Assembly (NCBI GenBank): GCA_038087875.1
Contig: CM075989.1
Location: forward strand, 20,152,001-20,212,000
Reading direction: 5' to 3'
DNA from: Malacoraja senta
Lineage: Eukaryota
Length of the DNA: 60,000 nucleotides
Shown here: piece after piece, positions 11,562-24,096 of the stretch
How positions within the stretch are numbered: the stretch's first letter is position 1
How the letters are laid out: each line of letters starts with the position of its first letter
The notes under the pieces: model-generated
What the model was told of the DNA's origin: nothing
Databases searched by the model: none
Seen by the model: the letters and a program-made list of their open reading frames with translations, nothing else
Translations under genes and position numbers: made by a program

Positions 11562-11740
11562 AGCCCTGCTTGCGACTGCGGACATCCAGACCAGACCATC
11601 CCACACATCGTAAATGAATGCTCACTGAGGCTTTTCCCTGGGGGCATCAAAGCCATCCACCCAGTAACTGATGCTGTCCTGGCCTGGATGTCTACCCTTG
11701 ATCTACAACTTTAGGCTGTGCACGCCATGCGCAAGAAGAA
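11562..11740 (+). mobile_element. 5'-truncated Vingi-like LINE 3' end (zinc knuckle + GAA tail)
   Basis: Encodes CDCGHPDQTIPHIVNECSLRLFPGGIKAIHPVTDAVLAWMSTLDLQL*, then GCTGTGCACGCCATGCGCAAGAAGAA. Inserted in a CR1 tail. Confidence 0.7.
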
Positions 11741-11918
11741 TCTAAGAAGGGCCTGTTTACATGCTGTATGACTCTATAATACTTTATCATACCCACTCGC
11801 CTGCATGTGTAGACTTCATACCTCTGGTTGATGTAGAATCAGATAATTAATCTTCTTATGAGAATCATTGCACAATAATGCCACCAAGTGTCATACAACC
11901 CAACTCCCCAACAACAGA

Positions 11919-12503
11919 TCTTGGTGAGACCACACCTGGAGTATTGCGTACAGTTTTGGTCTCCAAATCTGAGGAAGGACATTATTGCCATAGAGGGAGT
12001 GCAGAGAAGGTTCACCAGACTGATTCCTGGGATGTCAGGACTGTCTTATGAAGAAAGACTGGATAGACTTGGTTTATACTCTCTAGAATTTAGGAGATTG
12101 AGAGGGGATCTTATAGAAACTTACAAAATTCTTAAGGGGTTGGACAGGCTAGATGCAGGAAGATTGCTCCCGATGTTGGGGAAGTCCAGGACAAGGGGTC
12201 ACAGCTTAAGGATAAGGGGGAAATCCTTTAAAACCGAGATGAGAAGAACTTTTTTCACACAGAGAGTGGTGAATCTCTGGAACTCTCTGCCACAGAGGGT
12301 AGTCGAGGCCAGTTCATTGGCTATATTTAAGAGGGAGTTAGATGTGGCCCTTGTGGCTAAAGGGATCAGAGGGTATGGAGAGAAGGCAGGTACGGGATAC
12401 TGAGTTGGATGATCAGCCATGATCATATTGAATGGCGGTGCAGGCTCGAAGGGCCGAATGGCCTACTCCTGCACCTAATTTCTATGTTTCTATGTTTCTA
12501 TGT
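11919..12503 (+). mobile_element. Young 5'-truncated CR1 LINE, same subfamily as 35152-36450
   Basis: Near-identical to 35869-36450 (4 substitutions seen); (TTTCTATG)n tail. Confidence 0.97.
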
Positions 12504-13007
12504 TAAAGGCAAAGACCATGAGATTATTACTTATAAGGAAAATTATTTTGCCCAACTCAACTCAAGTAGGGAAGTAGAAGAGCAGGGTGGAACAGACTGT
12601 GTAGGAAGGAACTGCAGATGCCGTTTCAAACTGAAGATAGACACAGATGTGGAACAGACAATTGATTCCATGATTTTCCAGCTGCTCATTGATCCTGGAT
12701 GGATGTTAATATTCTGTACATATATCAAAATAAACATTGCATATCATTTGACGTAAAAATGCAGTTCTGTGGCCTTTATCAATATTTGCATAAGTATTTG
12801 TATTATGCAAAGAAAAATCTTAGTCCAGTTTCTCTCTGTCATTCTAATTTTAAGGTGCTCCTTAAATCCAATTAATTTGACAAGACCTTTAGTCAAGAGT
12901 ACTGATATCTCTTTCTGAGTGTTGGTGTCAATTGTACAGAGGGTAGGAGAGAAGCTGTGATATGATATATCAGTGAAATAATGCGATTGACTTAGATAGA
13001 AATAGCG

Positions 13008-13360
13008 AAAGGCTTGGATAGAGAGGATGTGGAGATGATGTTTCCACTAGTGGGAGAGTCTAGGACTAGAGGTCATAGCCTCAGAATTAAACGACATCCC
13101 TTTAGGAAGGAGATGAGGAGGAATTTATTTAGTCAGAAAGTGGTGAATCTGTGGAATTCTTTGCCACAGAAGGTTGTGGAGGCCAAGTCATGGATATTTT
13201 TAAGGCAAGATAGATTCTTGATTAGTACGGGTGTCTAGGATTATGGGGAGAAGGCAGGAGAATGAGGTTAGGAGGGAGAGATGGATCAGCTATGATTGAA
13301 TGGCGGAGTAGACTTGATGGGCTGATGGGGCTAATCCTGCTCCTATCACTTATGACCTTA
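13008..13360 (+). mobile_element. CR1 LINE 3' fragment
   Basis: DREDVEMMFPLVGESRTRGHSLRI...NLWNSLPQ plus 3' UTR. Confidence 0.9.
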
Positions 13361-14349
13361 TAAATATATGTAAGAGGGACAGAGGTAGGCAAAAACTCAG
13401 GAGGCTAAGCAGATCATCTCACAATTTGAGAAATAAATTATCTGTATCTTGTGTCTGTAAACACTTGGCATTTCAGGTGAGAATAGTTTGGCAATGCTCA
13501 CTGTCTAGACACAAATAAACAATGAGAGTAGCATGCACACAATCCCCAGAATATTTCCAGTTAAAGGAGTAAAACTGAAGAAATTTGGAGTCGTCATGAT
13601 CCTCTAAGTTTTACATACTTGTATGTTTTGAGTGTGTTTGAATATAGAACTTTACAGCATGGGAACAGGCCCTTTGCCCCACAATGTCCTTCTGAACATG
13701 ATGACAAGTTAAACTCATCTCCTTTGCCTGCCTGGGATCCATATCCCTCCATTCCCTATTCGATGATAATTGTTTTCTGTTAACATTTCCTTTGAGTCTG
13801 TAACCACATGTTAACAATCAATTTTATTGATTTGTGTCAATGTAATTTGTGACAGCTTATTTTATTCAGTCTAGTGGAGTTTATTAAACAATACTTTCAT
13901 CAACACACCTTTTAGTGATTATAGCCTGCTCTTTTCCCCAGAATTATGCAATAGAAAATAGTTTTTTTTCATGAATGAAGCATGTCAGTGATACATCTGG
14001 GACATTTTACATCACTCTGGGCTCATCCCATATGACCCCAAAGTGATTTCCATGTCTACAATAGAATGTGATATTATTCCATGTCACATCCAATGGGTAA
14101 TGTATGTAACCATTACATAGGATAATACCATTATTTTTTGGGGCACTTGGATCAGTTGGGACCATTGTGTATTCTTAGCTTAACATAGCCTGATTTCCAT
14201 GCTGCCAACCTGAAAGGAGACACGAGTTCGAAAGCAGGAGAATAGGGTTGAGAGAGAACGATAGATCAGCCATGATTGAATGACAGAGAGTCGACTTGAT
14301 GGACTGAATTGCCTAATTCTGTTCCTATAGCTTATGAACTATCAGATTC

Positions 14350-15223
14350 TGGTCAAAATGATATGTTAAAATATTCCAGTACTTAAAACGGTATTTTATA
14401 ATCTAGCCAGTTATAGTTTAGTTTCTAAATGTCAATTGTTGATTTTTCTACTACTAATTTGCTAATCCAGATTTTTCAAAAATTGAATAACGATGAACTT
14501 GAAAAATCCATGTAAAAAGCATTAACTTTTATTGAGCTGAGCAGCACTGTTGATACTGTAGAATCATTATTTTCACCAGTCATTTACATGACAAAATCAC
14601 TGATCATTCACAAGATATTCAAACAAACTCCCTTGTGAAAATCAAAAATACTACAGTAACTACATTTTTATCTCTTTGAAATACTGAATTACAAAAATTA
14701 AATGCTGTATGTAAAGCTACACATTCATCACTAGAATCATATATTATATGATATTTAATTCGACAATTGTCTACAGTGCTTCTTCAAGGAATAAATGTAT
14801 CAGATTGAAAGCAAGGTGTCTTAATGTAACAATGATTATTTAGAAAATGCATCTAGTACAGTTTATGAAATAAAGTACCATTATACCACAAAAGTATGAT
14901 TTAAGAAAAGTGTTTGTTTTACAAGATACTTAGTCTTCTTTACACATTTGATTGATTGATCAAACATACACTTTCATGCAATTGGTTCTCAGACAAATGT
15001 TCAGGATTAAATTTACAAAATTTCATCTTTTACATCTGTTGTGACACTGGGTTGCATAGAATACAATCGTGCAAAATGATAGGTACATTTTTATAGCAAA
15101 GCGCAAGCCCAGCTTGTTCCAGATGTCAGTAGTATTTTAGCTTGTGTGGTTAACGTTTCAGTGATACAGGTGCAGAGATGGAACATCTTTTATTACTGGG
15201 ATTGATGTCCTTATAATATTTTG
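14350..15223 (-). other. FGF7: FGF7 3' UTR (AU-rich, repeat-free), candidate AATAAA at 14533-14528
   Basis: Follows the stop codon. Several ATTTA motifs; AATAAA followed by a U-rich tract. Other AATAAA hexamers lie at 15194-15189 and 13866-13861, so the true 3' end cannot be determined. Confidence 0.45.
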
Positions 15224-15418
15224 TTATGATATTGCCATTGGAAGGAAATGAGATGATTTACTTTCTTTCTTTGTCCTTTTGCCTCTAATCGCTACTCCCT
15301 TTTGGTTCAAGGTTATAAACATTTGTTGGCCATTATGCGTCCACTTTGCAGAAGAATATGTATTGTAATTATTTTCCTCTATAAGCTCTCTAAAATTGCA
15401 GTCTTCGTTGCAGGTTTT
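15224..15418 (-). CDS. FGF7: FGF7 coding exon 3 (to stop codon)
   Basis: tttccacag|AAA ACC TGC... = [64 protein letters not shown]. Matches the FGF7 C-terminus. 289+104+195 = 588 nt. Confidence 0.97.
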   Translation of the reverse strand, partial: KTCNEDCNFRELIEENNYNTYSSAKWTHNGQQMFITLNQKGVAIRGKRTKKESKSSHFLPMAIS

Positions 15419-17029
15419 CTGTGGAAACATGGAATATAAAATGTACATTAAAGCATGAGATAACAATATAAGCAACTGATGATGGCAATATTCAGAAATT
15501 ATTCCTGTCATGTATTGATTCCACATCCTCGATGATATAAATGGTTCCATTTACAATCTGGAGATGATTTTAAGCTGGTCTGTGTTGGTAGGCTTTAAAA
15601 ATAACCTGACTCTCTTAGACAGACACAAAAAGTTGTGGTAACTCAGCGGGTCAGGCGGCATCACTGGTGAAAAGGAATACAGTAGGTAATGTGTCAGGTC
15701 GAGACCCTTCTTCAGACTTCAGTTCTTTACCTCTCCGAAAGCAGCTAAATTTCCATTTTCATCGCTGATTTGAGTAGGTGCCAAGGACACCTGCTAAACT
15801 AATCTAGTGGAGCTTTTTCTTTAACATTACCTTATGGGCACCGGATAATGCAATTGCTACCCAAGTCTAGTTTCAACTCCTAGAAGGCTTTCTCACCAAT
15901 CAAAATGTTAGATTAAGTTGTTTATGTGGATCGAAAATTGGCCATAATATTTACCCATATCCTCAAGGAATGTTGAAACATATTGTGGCTGTAGATGTTT
16001 TCAAAAGGCAGAGCTTGCGTGCTTTAGTCACCCCACCTAAGAATTTCATTGTTCTAACTGGGACACATGACAATAAAACACTCTTGACTCTATAAAATTA
16101 ATATATTGTTTAGATATCTTGCACAATTCCTGGCAAGTGTAGTCACCTTGCTCCATCAAGCATAAGAAATGGCCATACCGGATTTCTTCCCCGATATACC
16201 CAAGACCAGTCTGAAATTAACCATGTGGTTGTCCTGACGTAAAAGGATACTTAATGATTTGTTTAAAAACAGGAGCAACCTGTGTTTGATGACAGGTTTA
16301 CTTAAACATTGATGAGCTATCCCCAGCCAAAATCAGAGTTATTGCATAAAAGCTCTAAACACGAGCTTGAATCATGCTATAACAGAGAGACATCTGTGGT
16401 CCAGCCACATGCAGCAATCCATGTACTTTTGCCAAACTTTTTTGTTTGGCTTGGTTGCTCGGAGAGGTGATGTTTCGTGACTATATTTGTCTCTGTACTA
16501 GATCTTTAAAATTCCTACTAAAATATATATATAATAATGAGACTCTCATCAGTAAATGCGAAAAATAATAGGTACATTAAATTTTAGTCTCCCATGATCA
16601 AATAGCAATCAATCCCAACTGTTGATTTAAATAGTGACTGGCTTTGGCATTTAAAATCATTTTTGTCCAAGATCTGTATTACCATATTTGTTACTTTAAT
16701 ATGGATTGTGTAAAGATTAAGTCAAGAGTCAGGAGTCAAGAGAGTTTTATTGGCATGTGTCCCAGATAGGCAATTAAATTCTTGCTTGTCATTATATATC
16801 ATTAAGTTGTTCAGTATCTGTTAAATTGTTCGTGTAGAAAAAGATTTGGATTCCTATACCAGTCTCAATTGTTTGTGTCATATCTTGTCTCTACAAGTTA
16901 AAATTAATCAAAGATGTCCGTGCAGGAACACCAAAGAACAATTTTATACATTGGTTTTAATTATCACCCAACAATATAAACATCGAATTCTCCAATTTTA
17001 GATAATTTACCTACAAACACACTCCTTCC

Positions 17030-17465
17030 TTTAATGCTCCCCCCCTTTTGTACCCCTCTCTTCCCTCCGCCCCACCTGCATGCACACCAATTTTTCCCTT
17101 TCCCCTTCCTTCAATCTCCTTCCACCCCTGTTCCTTCCTCTGGCTTTACATCTCACTTTTCTTCTATCCTTATCTCACACCTTTTGTCTTTTCATCTCTC
17201 GCCTTTGCCCAACCATCTACCAATCAAAAAACACCCTCACCTGTATCCACCCAACACTTGCCGGACTTTGTCTTGCCCCCACCACTCTTCCAGCTTTCTC
17301 CCTCCCACCCCCCCCCCCCCACACACATCGCAATCAGTCTGAAGAAGTGTCCCGACACAAAATGTCATCAATCCATGCTCTCCAGAGATGCTGCCTGATC
17401 TGCTGAGTTACTCCAACACTTTGTGTCTTTTTTTTGTAAACTAGCATTTGCAGTTCCTAGTTTTA
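17030..17465 (+). mobile_element. Penelope pLTR remnant (CT-rich tract + terminal unit)
   Basis: Similar to 55730-56170 and 53760-54095. Further short or fold-back copies at ~1586-1840, 3710-3900, 15618-15720, 20466-20745, 21188-21450, 22896-22985, 25495-25580, 26490-26690, 36455-36585 and 38125-38320. Confidence 0.7.
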
Positions 17466-18643
17466 TACATGGATTGGACATATGGAGAAATGTATTGTGG
17501 GTCTTAAGAGGCATAAAGTCTCAGGTTCTTTCGTTGTGAGGCAGAAATTAGCCTGTTCATAGGTATATAAGTAAGAGCTTGCTAAAATTGCTGTTATTGT
17601 GAAAGATAGCCAATTGACTTACTACCTGCTACTACCAATTGTCCAACTCTTGCCAGTCTCACAGACCCGACCACTGTCAGAAACATTTCACTGCTTCACT
17701 TTGGGGCCCTTCTTCCTCAGCCAAAAGAATGGTCCCGACCCAAAAGCTGCCTGGATCCATTGAGTTCCTCCTGCACTTTGTGTTTTGCCCAAGATTCCAG
17801 CATCTGCAGTTCCTTGTGTCTACCCGTTTCACTTAATGGGTATCTCAAAATATTTAAATTGGTGATCTATTACACATTGGACTCCCGTTGCTATTTTGAC
17901 TTCTTCAGTTCAGATGAAAAGTCATTGACCTGAAGCATTGTCTCTTGCTCCACCTGGGCTGCCTGATCTGCTGAGCGTTTTTGACATTTTCTACTCTGGT
18001 TTGCCATTTTGACAGATGGGTCTGACCAAGTGCAATCTTTTCTCCAATCAATCTTACTGTCAGCATAGCTGAAAAGACCTAATAAAGTTAAACATTTTAA
18101 TAGTTTTTACGCTGCCAGGAGCAAAGGAATGTTACTCTGGGCCTCTCAAGAATAATGTAGTCTTTTGCCAACCCAGACTCCTCACCTCCTCCAATAGTTC
18201 CAGCCTGAAACTGGAGCCTGGCCCATATCCAACACGCTGCATCAACCCATCTGTTTTAGGGGAGCAAGTTTCTGGTTCTATTTAACTGAAGCAAGAGCCC
18301 AGAAGTGGATATTTTGTCCAAAAGTTAAAATCTATCTGAATGACGTTTGAAACAGATGATCGACAAAAGCAACATGCTGTTAATTGGTCTTTTTATGCAT
18401 TGAAGCCTTTTATTAATTTCAGTTTAAATGTAATGTATTGTCTGCAAACTTCCTTCACCATAACGCACTGGAAGATTTACTGCAAAAGGTTTCGGGGACT
18501 AACTTAGATAGTGCTAGTAAATAGCAGCGGTGATTGCAATTCCTAGTTTATCCAAGTCCATTTGATCTTTTGCAGGACAGACAATATTTGAGAGGTAATG
18601 TCATTAACATGATTTTACATATCCACATGCACGCAATTTTACT

Positions 18644-18975
18644 GGGCGGCACAGAGGCGCTGCTGGTAGAGCTGCTGCCTCACAGCGCCAGAGACACGGG
18701 TTCGATCCTGACCTCGGGTGCTGTCTGGGTGGAGTTTGCATGTTTTCCCTGTGACCGCGTGGGTTTCCTCTGGGTGCTCGGGGGCCTCCCACATCCTAAA
18801 GACTTGCAGGCTTGTGGGTTAATTTAGCCTCTATAAATTCCCGCTGATGTACAGGGAGTGGATGTGAAAGTGTTGATAAAATGGAACTAGTGTGAATGGG
18901 TAATTGATGGTCACATGGGCCGAAGGGTCAGTTGTTGCATTTGTGCAGATCCATGCTGTATCTTTCAATCCAACT
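18644..18975 (+). mobile_element. tRNA-derived V-SINE (HE1-like)
   Basis: A-box-like GGCGCTGCTGGTAGAG, B-box GGTTCGATCC, V core GGAGTTTGCATGTTTTCCCTGTGACCGCGTGGGTTTCC, CR1-like tail GGGCCGAAGGG. Confidence 0.88.
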
Positions 18976-20767
18976 CAGCATCCCAACTTTGTTCCATCTA
19001 GCCTATTATTAAAATCAGCCTGCATCTGGTTTGTGGCTAGAGCAAGTGATTAACTCATCAGACTATGGTAGTTTTCTGGAAAAGGTCGCAGAGCACATAC
19101 ATGAATGGGTATTGCAATTTTCCAATATGAAGCCCACTTGGAGGAGAAGAGAATTGTCTGTACATAAGGTCAGATATCCCTCCCCGCTCATAGTGAAGTG
19201 AGAATGGCAGCACCTGCAGAAAATGAAAGCAGTGGTAGTGGGAGGAGACAACAGTGGATACTTGTGACAGTCATCTCACTTACTGATACTCCCTTTACAG
19301 TAGAAATCAATGTAAAGTTGTTGAAAAATGACACCCAAGTGTCTGGCAGTCAGGTCTGGGGATTTGGGTCAGCCAGGTGCCTGCATCTCAAACATGATAA
19401 TTGCACTTCCATTATGTTACAAAAGACTCAGATTGGGACTTCAGGACGTTCTATAAAAGATGGCTGATGAAAAGCAATGAAATGCTGCATGCATGTCTGA
19501 AAGCATGAGTAGATTGAGAAAGTACATGGGGGAGATCAAACGGCCATATAGCTTTGCAAGATGCATGGATCCCACGATGGTCTGAAGCCCAAATACAAAC
19601 ATTGGCATGATGCCCTGCCCAGGGAGGAGATGAGTTTGAGTCTCTTCGAGTATAGAGCCTATGGTTCTTTCTTAATGTAGTTGTGTGATTGACTGGTTTG
19701 TTCTACCTGGAATAGCATAGACATGATGGGCAGAATGGCCTCCTTCCATGCTTTAATAATTCTCTAATTCTGCAACTTATGCAAAATCACAGGTTGTTTA
19801 TTTCCACTGTCCATCCTCTTTGACTGCAGCACCCAGTATGCCTTAATCAACACCTCCTTGGAGAAGCAGTGTGCTTGCTCATTGCTTCTTGTTGAGATGA
19901 ATGCATGATAACAGCGACCTAAACCTGGTCGGTGTATAAGGCTGAGTATTAACACTCCATGATTGGAGGCATTCCTGTTTAAGGGAAATTGAATTTTTAG
20001 GATGAGCTTAATACTTTTCATGGCTGCTTCAAACATGAAAACAAAGCTTCCTTCTGTCCAATGTGTTGAAATAGGAAGACAGGAAGTATCGTCACGGATG
20101 TCACCATGGCCATTTTCTTTTCTCTTGTCTACCTTCTGGGAGAAGACACAGGAGCTTGAAAGCTCAGATGTCCAAAATGAAGGGCAGATTCTTCCCCCTT
20201 TCTATCTGATTCCTGAACCAAACACTTTCATACCTCCTTCTCGGAAGAGCTGCCTCGTAACTCTACATAATTCGGTTACTCCGTGTTGTACTTTTGCACT
20301 ACAATCTTGTGCCATTCTGCGGTTTTTGTACTGATCGTTATATTTACTGTTGTATTCATCAGTACCGTTTTTCTCTGTGAGCTTCATGTGAACAAGGAAC
20401 TTCATTGCATCCTTGTGTATATGACAAATTAAACTGAATTTAATAACTAAAAGAGCGCACAAAATGTGCAGGAAGGAACTGCAGATGCTGGTTTAGACCG
20501 AAGATAGACACAAAATGCTGAAATAACTCTGCAGGTCAGGCAGCATCTCTGGAGAAAAGGAATATGCGACGTTTCGAGGAACAAGAGTTCCAACTCAAAG
20601 AGCACTATGTTCTAGAGTCTGCAGAAAAGTCCCAACCCAAAATGCCGCCTGTCCATTCCCTCCACAGATGCTCCCTGATCTGCTGTGTTCCTCCAGCACT
20701 TTGTGTTTTGTTCAAGATTCCAACATCTGCAGTTCCTTGTGTCTCTATATTCTCAGCACTGACTTAC

Positions 20768-20871
20768 CTTGCTATATAATTTCCCAGATTTGTTCATTGC
20801 TAAGTAATAGTCACTTTCTACACCTCTGATGGCAACTACTCCAACGGCCACAGTTCTGATTTCCAGAATAC
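20768..20871 (-). CDS. FGF7: FGF7 coding exon 2 (104 nt)
   Basis: Not in the ORF track. Minus strand reads tttcag|GT ATT CTG GAA ATC AGA ACT GTG GCC GTT GGA ... TTA TAT AGC AAG|gtaagt = (C)[34 protein letters not shown]. Canonical 104-nt FGF middle exon with phases matching both neighbours. Confidence 0.97.
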
Positions 20872-22340
20872 CTGAAATGGTAGAAAATCATCATTAACCA
20901 ATTTAAACACATTGTGAAATATTAATTTTTAAAGCATGTTAGTTCTAGTTGTCATTAGTTCAAAATTAATCAGCATCGCCTTCTAAGTTCTTGCTAAGAG
21001 TTATTACATAGTTAATATACATTATTTAAAAACTTTATATTGGTACAATTCCACATTTGAATGGAAAAGTTTATATTTCCAGGGCAAAACATAAGCTTGA
21101 CCTCCAACGCAAACTACAAATTTAAATGCCGGGACAAAATATTGTTAGTACCAAAACCTCCACAACCAAGTCCTCAAAATAATATGGGAATACAAGGAAC
21201 TGCAGATGCTGGAACCTTGAGCAAAACACAAAGTGCTGGAGGAACTCAGCGGGTCAGGCAGCATCTGTGAGGGAATGGTCAGATGACATTTTGGGCTGGG
21301 AACCTTCTTCAGACTAACTGTAGTAGAGTTATTTTTCAGTTTTCTGCCCCCTATTTCTATCAGTCTGAAGAAGAATCCTGACCCAACACATTGCCTTCCT
21401 TTTGCAGATAGTGCCTGATCTGAATTACTCCTTTTCTCTGTGTTTTCCTCAAATAAGATTTTTTAGTGGACATAAAACAGGCATCATAAAAGCACTTTAT
21501 CAGAAAGTACCAGAATAAATTGAGTTGTAAAAGTAACGGATATGTTGCAATTAATATTGAAATATAATCAAGTGAATCATTTTAAAGAATATACTTTCTA
21601 AAGAATAAATAATTCATTGTGGGCACTAATGTGAGACTTTAAGGATCTAACACAATATTAATTCACAAAACTTGATTGTCAAAATCTTTCTAGTCGTGAA
21701 TTACATGAATACATTCAGCTGGCTTCTGTAAGTTTATTTCAGATGAACATGTGTAAAGACAGACCCTTGATTGGCAAATCAATGCTGATATTCCTTAAAT
21801 TTAGAAAATGAATATAAATTCAAAGTGTAAGTTTATTAAATTTCATTATCCCTAGAATAAGTGCTATTCAGAAATCAACTTCAGAAAGGGTTATAGTGAC
21901 AAAGTTGGTTGACACCTTTTGCACAGTTCATTTTTTAAATATTTTGGTAGTATTATAAGATGGGGACAGTCAAATTATTTACTATTATATTAGGGAGAAT
22001 TATAACATATTTTATCATAATGATATCAATGATAGATTCACTGGGAGTAGATAAGATATGGCTTAAGTAAAGATGTAACCTTCCTCCCACCACCTGTTTC
22101 CCATTGCTTAATTCTACTTCAGAAGAACACCTCCTCTATAGCATACAAATCCATTTGTATTGGCATTGATTTTCTTCAATGAGATTGCCATGTTATCGCC
22201 AACTTTTAATGACATGGTATGGACTGGTATCTGATAATAAAAATATCTGAAATATGGGAATTTTAATTCAACCGTCCGCAATTGATTCAAATTTAATCCT
22301 AAAATAGTACTGCCAGTCCATGGGCTGCAAACAAATTATA

Positions 22341-22615
22341 CTTCTTCTTCTTCTAATTGCGAATGAAACATAAACCAAAGGAATAGTTAGATCTCAAGCC
22401 GGGTGTTGAGCAGCCAGGTTGTTGTCTCTGCGTCAATGTCTGCCAGGCCCTGAGCTCCATTTGGTGGGTGGTAGAGCGGGCACCCAGAGATGACATGGTT
22501 GGCTGCCTGTTGTTCAGCTCCGCATTCACAGACTGGGCATTGGCGGAGCCCCCATCTCCACATGCTGGCATTGAAACGCCCAACACCAGTACCAAGTCTG
22601 TTGAACTTGTCTGAG
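22341..22615 (-). mobile_element. 5'-truncated Vingi-like LINE 3' end, second family
   Basis: Encodes FNRLGTGVGRFNASMWRWGLRQCPVCECGAEQQAANHVISGCPLY...WLLNTRLEI*. (GAA)4 tail; AAAT(T/C)ATAC on both flanks. Confidence 0.7.
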
Positions 22616-23435
22616 AAAATCATACCGATACTTTTTCATTCTTGATTTGTTTCATCCTTTTCTTAATTCAAATGGTGTAATATAATGGAGCTGTCTACAG
22701 CACTCCATGAGCTTCTGAAGAAAGTCCAGCACTAGATTGCTTCTCATATTATTTGTGTCTTCCTCGTGACCTCTTTAGACAACTGCCAGACCTTAATGAT
22801 GCTCTTGCAAATTATCAATCAAATCATTAATGTTGAAATGTAAAGCAGTTGAAGTGAAGATTTTTTGGTGCTAATTTACACTTGTATCCCTTTGTCTGAA
22901 GAAGGGTTTCGGCCCGAAACGTTGCCTATTTCCTTCGCTCCATAGATGCTGCCGCACCCGCTGAGTTTCTCCAGCATTTTTGTGTCCCTTTGTTCTATTA
23001 TGGTATAGTTTGTAGTAATAATCTGGAACAAGTTTTGTCAAATCTCTTACAATATTTCACAGCCCTGTACGATCAGCAAGCAATGGATCTCTTTGTTCCA
23101 TTTAAAATGCAAAATCTTAGAAATGCTATTGAGATGGGAAAATTTGGGTCTGTCTCATGATTTTTCTCTGTCCTGCTTCCAAGGTCTGAATATCTTCCTG
23201 GTCTCTCAAAAACGACTTGTCTCGGATGACGTATAATCAGAGCTCCATATTGTTTAATTATGCCTTCAGCTGTGTTTTTTTTTACTGTCATTTAGCATTT
23301 TACTACAGTTTACATCGGTTGGGTCTTTTCAGATTACCAGGTCCCTTTCTTCAATAGTTATTTCAACAACTCGTATGGAGAATGTGATACATTTTTCCCA
23401 TGTGCAGTTGCTCATATTTTCTTGCATGAAATCCA

Positions 23436-24096
23436 CCGGATGGCATTGTACGATGGCAGCCTCGCCAACAGTCTGTCTCATCCTTTTTTCTTCTTTTGTT
23501 GTCTTTAGTCTGTTGTTAAATGTATGTTTCAGTGTATCTTTAGTTTTGTTTTATGTGGGGAGGGGGAGGGGGTACTTTTTAAAATCTCTTACCTTGACGG
23601 AGATGTGACTTTTTCCGTATCGTATCTCTGTCGGCCTCTTGCTGGGATAGACTTCGGGAGCTTCATCCGTGGGAGCCTGCGGACTTAACATCGTGGAGCT
23701 TGCGATCCCTTTATCAGGGATGGACTTTGGGAGCTCCAACCGCGGGAGCCTATAGACTTAACATCATGGAGCTCGCGGTCCCTGGTTAAGGACCAAATTC
23801 AGGAGCTCCAAGCCGCAGGAGCTTCGACCGCCCCGACGCGGGAGCTCCGATCATCGGCTGCGGGAGCACAGATCGCCCCGACCGGATGGTTCGACTGCCC
23901 CCTCCGCGGGAGAATAATTTATTGCCTTCCATCACAGTGAGGAATGTGGGGGAGCCGCTGTAGTGGATGTTTATGTTAACTTTTATGTAGTTGTGTCACT
24001 TGTTGCTTTTTTGGTACGACTGTGTGGCAAATCAAATTCCTTGTATGTTTTTACATCCTTGGCTAATAAATTAATTACAATACAATACAATTACAA
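23436..24096 (+). mobile_element. Unclassified non-autonomous retroelement with internal GC-rich repeats and (TACAA)n tail
   Basis: Repeated (G/C)GGAGC-containing units at 23655-23912; ends AATAAATTAATTACAATACAATACAATTACAA. Confidence 0.6.

Noticed and set aside
15419..15550. Upstream part of the 108-aa ORF 15224-15550
   Set aside because: Intronic read-through; the acceptor is at 15420-15419 and FGF homology starts at KTCNEDC.
18644..18720. tRNA gene
   Set aside because: A/B boxes are followed by the V-SINE core and LINE tail, with no complete cloverleaf; it is a SINE head.
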